Part shown: one piece after another, positions 7,647 through 12,707 of the stretch | Layout: each line of letters begins with the position of its first letter | Numbering within the stretch: the stretch's first letter is position 1 | Origin: Syntrophales bacterium | GTDB taxonomy: Bacteria > Desulfobacterota > Syntrophia > Syntrophales > UBA6807 | Direction of reading: 5' to 3' | DNA length: 12,707 nucleotides | Assembly (NCBI GenBank): GCA_040767195.1 | Contig: JAXGPA010000008.1 | Location: forward strand, 1-12,707 | Made by a program: the position numbers and the translations under genes | Notes under the pieces: model-generated | What the model saw: only the letters and a program-made list of their open reading frames with translations | The model's database searches: none | What the model was told of the DNA's origin: nothing

Positions 7647-8984
7647 TTATCTCGCCGCCCGGTGGATGACGGAAACGGCACGGTCCATGTCTTTTTTCGT
7701 CAGGGTTTCCGTGGCACACAGGAGAAGCCCCCCCGCAAGCTCGGGATAATCCCTTTCCAGGAGAAAGCCGCCGACAATCCCCTCGCTTTCCAGCGCTTCG
7801 TTGATCGCCCGCGGATCGGAACACCGGAGGGCGAACTCGTTGTAAACGGGTCCCGAAAAGATGTTCTCGAGCCCGTCTTTCTCCAGCAGCCGGGCCCGGA
7901 AATAGGACGCTTTCCGGACGTTAAGCACCGCCAGTTCCCGGAGGTTCGGGCCCGCGGCGGCCAGATACACGGCGGCGGCCAGGGCGCAGAGAGACTCGTT
8001 GGAACAGATGTTCGACGTGGCCCTTTCCCGGCGGATGTGCTGTTCCCGCGTCTGAAGCGTGAGAACGAACCCCCTTCTCCCGTCCCGGTCAACGGTGGCC
8101 CCGGCGATCCGCCCGGGAATTTTCCGCAGGAAAGGCGCCTTCGCCGCCAGGATCCCGAGATAGGGCCCGCCGAAATTGAGGGGGTTCCCGAAAGCCTGGC
8201 CTTCTCCGGCCACCATGTCGGCGCCCCGATCGCCCGGCGGGGCCAGGAGCCCCAGGGACGTGGCGTCACTGAATCCGGTGATCAGGAGGGCCCCCTGCCG
8301 GTGAACCCGGTCGGCCAGCGGGGCGATATCCTCCACCACACCGAAAAAATTCGGGCTCTGGACGAGAACGGCCGCCGTGTCGCCGTCAAGCCGCGCCTCC
8401 AGCGCATCCCCGTCGACCTGCCCGTTTTCCATGTATGGAATCTCCATGATTTCCAAGCCGTTCGCCCAGCCGTAGGTACCGATAACCCTTCGATATTCAG
8501 GGTGGACGGTTCTTGCCACGGCGATTTTTCCTCTGCCCAGGGACCGGGCGGCCAGGACGGCCGCCTCCGCCATGGACGATGCCCCGTCGTACATGGAGGC
8601 GTTGGCGACGGCCATACCTGTGAGTCCGGATATCATGCTCTGGTACTCGTATATGGCCTGAAGAATGCCCTGGCTGATTTCGGCCTGGTAAGGCGTGTAA
8701 GCGGTGTAGAACTCGGACCGGGAGAGGATGTGCCGGACGACTGCCGGGATGTAATGATCGTAAGCCCCGGCTCCCATGAGCGTCATGGCGGGGATCCGGT
8801 TTTCTTCCGCCAGGGCTTTCATCGCCGTCGCCGTTTCCCATTCCGTCAGTGGCGGAGGAAGGTCGAGGAGTCTTTTAAGCGCGTATGGATCCGGGATGTC
8901 CCGGAAAAGCTGTTCCAGGGACGAAAGACCGAGAATTTCGAGCATGGCCCTCTCGTCTTCCGGGGTGTGGGGAATGTAATCCAT
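7647..8984 (-). CDS. gcvPA: Glycine dehydrogenase (decarboxylating) subunit 1, P-protein alpha chain
   Basis: YIPHTPED...ML; GAGAYDHYIP; EFYTAYTPYQAEISQGILQAIYEYQS; NASMYDGAS; LQTREQHIRRERATSNICSN. GGAGG lies upstream of the ATG. Confidence 0.97.
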   Translation of the reverse strand: MDYIPHTPEDERAMLEILGLSSLEQLFRDIPDPYALKRLLDLPPPLTEWETATAMKALAEENRIPAMTLMGAGAYDHYIPAVVRHILSRSEFYTAYTPYQAEISQGILQAIYEYQSMISGLTGMAVANASMYDGASSMAEAAVLAARSLGRGKIAVARTVHPEYRRVIGTYGWANGLEIMEIPYMENGQVDGDALEARLDGDTAAVLVQSPNFFGVVEDIAPLADRVHRQGALLITGFSDATSLGLLAPPGDRGADMVAGEGQAFGNPLNFGGPYLGILAAKAPFLRKIPGRIAGATVDRDGRRGFVLTLQTREQHIRRERATSNICSNESLCALAAAVYLAAAGPNLRELAVLNVRKASYFRARLLEKDGLENIFSGPVYNEFALRCSDPRAINEALESEGIVGGFLLERDYPELAGGLLLCATETLTKKDMDRAVSVIHRAAR

Positions 8985-9007
8985 TGAAAGATCCTCCCGA
9001 TCACGGT

Positions 9008-9406
9008 TCAGTGATCTTCCGCCTCGATGAGGGCCTGGTAGTCGCCGGCGGTCATGAGCAGTTCCAGCTCACCCGGGTCGTCCATCCTGATCACGGCGAT
9101 CCAGCCTTCGTTGAAGGCGTCCTGGTTGATGAGTTCCGGCTTCTCTTCCAGCGCGTCGTTCACGGCGATGACCTCACCGCTGACGGGAGCGAAAATGTCC
9201 GACACGGACTTCACCGATTCAACCACGGCGAAGGGTTCTTCCCGTTTTACCTTCCGCCCCAATGCGGGCAGTTCCACGAACACGATGTCGGTCAGCATTT
9301 CCTGGGCGAAGTCGGTGATACCCACGGTGACGGTCCCGTCACCCCTGTCTTTAGCCCACTCATGTTCCCTGGAATACTTTCGATCTTCCGGATTTGGTTG
9401 TGCCAT
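9008..9406 (-). CDS. gcvH: Glycine cleavage system H protein (lipoyl carrier)
   Basis: YSREHEW; VGITDFAQEML; lipoyl-lysine motif VESVKSVSDIFAPVSGEV; PELIN...GWI. SD AAGGAGG at 9412-9418. Confidence 0.97.
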   Translation of the reverse strand: MAQPNPEDRKYSREHEWAKDRGDGTVTVGITDFAQEMLTDIVFVELPALGRKVKREEPFAVVESVKSVSDIFAPVSGEVIAVNDALEEKPELINQDAFNEGWIAVIRMDDPGELELLMTAGDYQALIEAEDH

Positions 9407-9454
9407 GTGCGCCTCCTTGCGTGAGAAAACAAACGACCCTGGGGGGCCGGCTTG

Positions 9455-9470
9455 CCGGCCAACGTGTCAA
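9455..9470 (-). other. Intercistronic GC-rich stem-loop between gcvT and gcvH
   Basis: GGCCGG-CAAG-CCGGCC is a perfect 6-bp stem within the 68-bp spacer. Confidence 0.5.
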
Positions 9471-9474
9471 GGGA

Positions 9475-10608
9475 TCATCTTTTTCGACGATAGAAAGGAA
9501 GTTCCACCACCCGGGCGGGCACCTCTTTCCCTCGGATCTGGACAGCCAGCGTTTCACCGACCTGGGCATATTCGGGGGTGACGAAGGCCATCCCGATGGA
9601 TTTCTGCACCGTGATGCCGTAGGTGCCCGAGGTCACCACGCCCACCTGCCCCCCCCCGGCGAGAACAGGGTAACCCTCCCGGGGAATCCCCCTGCCCGTC
9701 ATCTCCAAACCCACCAGTTTCCTTTTCGAGCCTTCTTCCTCTTCCTTCCGGAGAGCCTGGACCCCCGTAAAATCTCCGGAAAGATCAACGAGCTTGTCGT
9801 ACACGACCTCGAGAGGCGTCACGTCCTCCGACAGTTCGTGGCCGTAAAGCATCATCCCGGCTTCCACGCGCAGCGTGTCCCGGGCCCCGAGACCGGCCGG
9901 CAGAATCCCGGCCTTCTTCCCTTCCCGGAGAATCAGGTCCCAGAAAAAGGATGTCTTTTCCCAGGGCACGTAAATTTCAAAACCGTCTTCCCCCGTGTAA
10001 CCGCTTCGGGAAATCAGGACGGGGACCCCCTCGATGTCCGTCTCCAGAAAATGATAGTATCGAAGGGCACCGGGACCGTCCCCGGCGATGGGCCGGAGAA
10101 TTTCCCGGGACCGGGGTCCCTGGAGGTCGATCTTGCCCGTTTCCATGGTCCTGTCGGTGACGGCGGCACCGTTCAATCCCACCCGCTCCCGGACCGCGTT
10201 GAGCCAGTCCACGGCCTTTTCCCGGTTCGACGCGTTGAAGACGAGACGGAACCGGTCATGGGCCAGGCGATAGACGGTCAGGTCGTCGATGATGCCGCCC
10301 CTGTCGTTGGTAATCACCGTCAGTCTCATTCGACCGGTGAGAAGGTTTTCGATGGGCCTGATGGTGGTCTTCTCCAGGAGAGAAAGGGCCTCGGGACCTT
10401 CCACATCCACCTCCCCCATGTGGCAGGTGTCGAACAAAGCCGCTGCTTCCCGGGCCGCCCGATGCTCTTCCACGATACCGCTGTACTGAAGGGGCATGGA
10501 CCAGCCCCCGAATTCCATCATCCGGGCACCGAGGGCCGTGTGTCGATCGAAAAGGGGGGTTTTGTGCAGGACTTGATTTTTCGGCAAAGATTCACCCTGG
10601 ACCGTCAT
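9475..10608 (-). CDS. gcvT: Aminomethyltransferase, glycine cleavage T protein
   Basis: KTPLFDRH...MEFGGWSMPLQY; EEHRAAREAAALFDTCHMGE; GGIIDDL; LQGPRS; ISRSGYTGEDGFEI; GLGARDTLRVEAG; C-terminal LPFY. SD AAGGAGG upstream. Confidence 0.97.
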   Translation of the reverse strand: MTVQGESLPKNQVLHKTPLFDRHTALGARMMEFGGWSMPLQYSGIVEEHRAAREAAALFDTCHMGEVDVEGPEALSLLEKTTIRPIENLLTGRMRLTVITNDRGGIIDDLTVYRLAHDRFRLVFNASNREKAVDWLNAVRERVGLNGAAVTDRTMETGKIDLQGPRSREILRPIAGDGPGALRYYHFLETDIEGVPVLISRSGYTGEDGFEIYVPWEKTSFFWDLILREGKKAGILPAGLGARDTLRVEAGMMLYGHELSEDVTPLEVVYDKLVDLSGDFTGVQALRKEEEEGSKRKLVGLEMTGRGIPREGYPVLAGGGQVGVVTSGTYGITVQKSIGMAFVTPEYAQVGETLAVQIRGKEVPARVVELPFYRRKR

Positions 10609-10651
10609 GCATCCTCCTTTGGTGCCTTTTTAACGTTCAGGGATAAGAGGA

Positions 10652-10677
10652 GGGGGCGGAATCACGAACCCGCCCCC
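10652..10677 (-). terminator. GC-rich hairpin after the CsgG-like gene; weak terminator or mRNA stabiliser
   Basis: Minus strand GGGGGCGG-GTTCGTGATT-CCGCCCCC is an 8-bp perfect stem plus one G-U pair. It is followed by TCCTCTTAT, a poor U tract. Confidence 0.5.
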
Positions 10678-10689
10678 GGCGAAATGCGC

Positions 10690-11349
10690 TTACTTCAACT
10701 CAAAGTACATTTTTCTGGCCAGGTCGTCGATGGCAATTCGCATGGCCTGGCTGGCCTTCTTCTGATCGAAGGACTCGCCGCCGCCGATGCCTAAAACAGC
10801 CATGCTCTGGCTTTCCAGGGCCCCCGAACCGGTATCGGCAAAGATGATTTCACCGGTTTCCACGCTGACGATCCGGATGTCCACCGCGGCCGCGTATCCC
10901 GTTTTCCCCATGGCGAAGTACCCGGGAAGGTTGAAGCCCGATTTCGATGTTCCGTATTCCGTCACGGCACCGGTGACGATGTACTTCACACCAATCAGCT
11001 TTCCCACGCGAACGGCCGTGGCCCCGTCGACGGCACCGCTCAGCTGAAGACCCTGCTCCTTCATGATCGACGCCAGCTTGTCCCGTTCATAAACCCGGAA
11101 TTTTTTGCACTTCACCAAAGCGGTGGTGAGCATGTCCGACGCCCCGTAGCCGACCCGCCAGCCGTGACCGGGAACCTTGGTTTCGAAATCCATGACGGCA
11201 ACGCCGATTTTCGGACCTGTGTAAGGCGGGAGGTTATCCAGTCCCTTGTCTTCCGCCTTACCTCCCCCTCCTCCCGTCCCCGGCATGCCCGCGCAGCCGA
11301 GCAGAAGAGAAAGGGAGAGCACCATCGCATACAGAAGGGCCTTTCTCAT
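10690..11349 (-). CDS. CsgG/HfaB-family lipoprotein
   Basis: Signal peptide MRK + hydrophobic stretch + lipobox LLGC, then a Gly-rich tether. Family-like segments: IGVAVMDF, SDMLTTALVKCKKFRVYER..L..IMKEQ.L..SG, GKLIGVKYIVTGAVTEY, VDIRIVSVETGEIIFA. Confidence 0.85.
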   Translation of the reverse strand: MRKALLYAMVLSLSLLLGCAGMPGTGGGGGKAEDKGLDNLPPYTGPKIGVAVMDFETKVPGHGWRVGYGASDMLTTALVKCKKFRVYERDKLASIMKEQGLQLSGAVDGATAVRVGKLIGVKYIVTGAVTEYGTSKSGFNLPGYFAMGKTGYAAAVDIRIVSVETGEIIFADTGSGALESQSMAVLGIGGGESFDQKKASQAMRIAIDDLARKMYFELK

Positions 11350-11477
11350 TTCCTCTTAGTCCTCCCCATTCGTGATTTCTGGAAATAAACTGAAACCCGC
11401 CAGCGAAGCATCATGCCCCCGTCGATGAAGCGACAGTCCGGAGTCAGGCCTCGGAAGGCGGTCAAATCTTGGGTTTA

Positions 11478-11507
11478 ATACTAAACAGCTGGCGTTCTTT
11501 TTGTCAA
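11478..11507 (-). promoter_or_regulatory. Sigma70-type promoter upstream of the CsgG-like gene
   Basis: Perfect -35 TTGACA (11507-11502), an 18-nt spacer, and -10 TAGTAT (11483-11478) with the conserved T, A and final T. It sits in an AT-rich intergenic patch just after the hisF stop. Confidence 0.65.
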
Positions 11508-11532
11508 CCCCTAATTCCCTGCCCCTTATTCC

Positions 11533-12312
11533 TTAAAAGATTTCCCGGACGGGAATCCCTTCCAGGGCGAGATGTTTCTTGATGTCGGCCACGGTATGCC
11601 ATCGGTAATGGACCATGGAGGCGACCAGGGCGGCGTCGGCGCCGCCGATCTTGAAAACATCGCTGAGGTGTTCCGGGCTTCCCGCCCCCCCCGAGGCAAT
11701 GACCGGTATCCCCACGTTTCGGGAGATGAGGGCCGTCAGTTCCAGTTCATACCCTTCCACCGTTCCGTCTGCGTCGATGGAATTCAGGCAGATTTCCCCG
11801 GCCCCGGCAGCTTCCCCCCTTTTCGCCCATTCGAGGGCGTCCAGGTTCATGGGCTGTCTCCCCCCGTTGATGTAGATTTCGTACCCCGAGGGAATCCTGG
11901 CGGTTTTCTCCACCTTGAGGACATCCATCCCCAGGACGATGCACTGGCTTCCGAAATGCCTGGCCCCCCGGCCGATAAGCCCCGGGTCGAGGACGGCGGC
12001 GGAGTTTATGCTGATCTTTTCCGCCCCGGCGTCGAGAACGCGGTACATGTCCTCGAGCGTGCGGATGCCCCCGCCCACGGAAAAGGGGATGAAGATGTTC
12101 CTTGCCACGGCGCGGACGACATCGATCATGATGTCCCTGGCATCGGAAGAGGCGGTAATGTCGTAAAACACGAGTTCATCGACGCCCTGTTCGTAATATT
12201 CCCGGGCCATTTCCACGGGGTCGCCGATATCTTCGTTCCCGGCGAAACGGATGCCTTTCGTCGTCTTGCCCGCCCGGACATCCAGGCATATGATGATTCT
12301 CTTGCTCAGCAT
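11533..12312 (-). CDS. hisF: Imidazole glycerol phosphate synthase, cyclase subunit
   Basis: [81 protein letters not shown]. Start placed at ATG 12312, 2 nt after the hisH stop. Confidence 0.97.
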   Translation of the reverse strand: MLSKRIIICLDVRAGKTTKGIRFAGNEDIGDPVEMAREYYEQGVDELVFYDITASSDARDIMIDVVRAVARNIFIPFSVGGGIRTLEDMYRVLDAGAEKISINSAAVLDPGLIGRGARHFGSQCIVLGMDVLKVEKTARIPSGYEIYINGGRQPMNLDALEWAKRGEAAGAGEICLNSIDADGTVEGYELELTALISRNVGIPVIASGGAGSPEHLSDVFKIGGADAALVASMVHYRWHTVADIKKHLALEGIPVREIF

Positions 12313-12314
12313 CC

Positions 12315-12707
12315 TCAGGCCTCGCCGTTCCATGAACAGAAATTTTCGAGGAGCCTCAACCCCTGCCGCCCGCTTTTCTCCGGGTGAAACTGGACGGCCG
12401 CCACGTTGCCGCGGCCGATGACGGAAGGAAAAGCCACGCCGTAGTCGGTGTGGGCCAGCACATCCTCGGACCGGTGAGGGGCGGGATAATAGGAGTGAAC
12501 GAAATAGAACTGGGCCTTCCCGTCAATCCCCTCGAAAAGGGGGTGCTCCCGGTGACGGGTGGTGTCGTTCCATCCCATATGTGGAATTTTCAGGCCCGTT
12601 TGAGGAAAACGAAGGGCCCGCCCTTCCAGGATCCCGAGACACCGGGTGCTGTTTTCCTCGCTTTCCGAAAGGATGATCTGCGCCCCCAGGCAGATCCCGA
12701 GGAGCGG
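12315..12707 (-). CDS. hisH: Imidazole glycerol phosphate synthase, glutamine amidotransferase subunit (5'-truncated by the window edge)
   Basis: The frame is open from the window end: [10 protein letters not shown] (nucleophile Cys), [29 protein letters not shown] (His-Pro-Glu). Directly upstream of hisF. Confidence 0.96.
   Translation of the reverse strand, partial: PLLGICLGAQIILSESEENSTRCLGILEGRALRFPQTGLKIPHMGWNDTTRHREHPLFEGIDGKAQFYFVHSYYPAPHRSEDVLAHTDYGVAFPSVIGRGNVAAVQFHPEKSGRQGLRLLENFCSWNGEA

Noticed and set aside
7636..7824. 63-aa N-terminal extension of gcvPB in the ORF track
   Set aside because: It overlaps gcvPA in another frame. Homology and a strong SD point to GTG 7635.
9465..9470. 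TTGACA-like -35 just after the gcvT stop (coordinates approximate), as an internal gcvH promoter
   Set aside because: The expected -10 position is all G/C, within the hairpin arm and the following C run.
11443..11461. + strand GTCAGGCCTCGGAAGG resembling the SRP (4.5S) RNA core
   Set aside because: It lacks the conserved AGCAG on the 3' side and the long enclosing helix.
1332..12387. Many long + strand ORFs (e.g. 1332-2024, 2091-2999, 3444-4841, 5066-6223, 7662-8987, 9394-10794, 11572-12387)
   Set aside because: They lie antisense to well-supported genes and show no recognisable motifs. They are the expected shadows of GC-rich codon usage.
12313..12578. ORF-track starts for hisF (12333) and hisH (12578)
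   Set aside because: HisF homology begins at MLSKRII (12312), and the hisH frame continues without a stop to the window edge.

Overview
GC-rich bacterial window; gene style suggests an anaerobic deltaproteobacterium (inference only). On the + strand is the 3' part of a beta-lactamase/serine-hydrolase-family gene with a long C-terminal extension. Everything else is on the - strand, in transcription order: hisH (partial), hisF, a sigma70-like promoter with a ~120-nt leader, a stand-alone CsgG/HfaB-family lipoprotein, a glycine cleavage cluster gcvT-gcvH-gcvPA-gcvPB-lipA-lpdA, and an 841-aa regulator with five PAS domains and a LuxR-type HTH. lpdA is broken by two clear and one probable single-base deletions in short homopolymers within ~300 bp, either a local sequencing error or recent pseudogenisation. 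I see no mobile element, CRISPR, tRNA or rRNA. Most content is housekeeping and I cannot support a clearly new system. The best leads are the 5xPAS-LuxR regulator attached to a gcv operon with no riboswitch, and the structured leader and orphan CsgG-like gene upstream of it.
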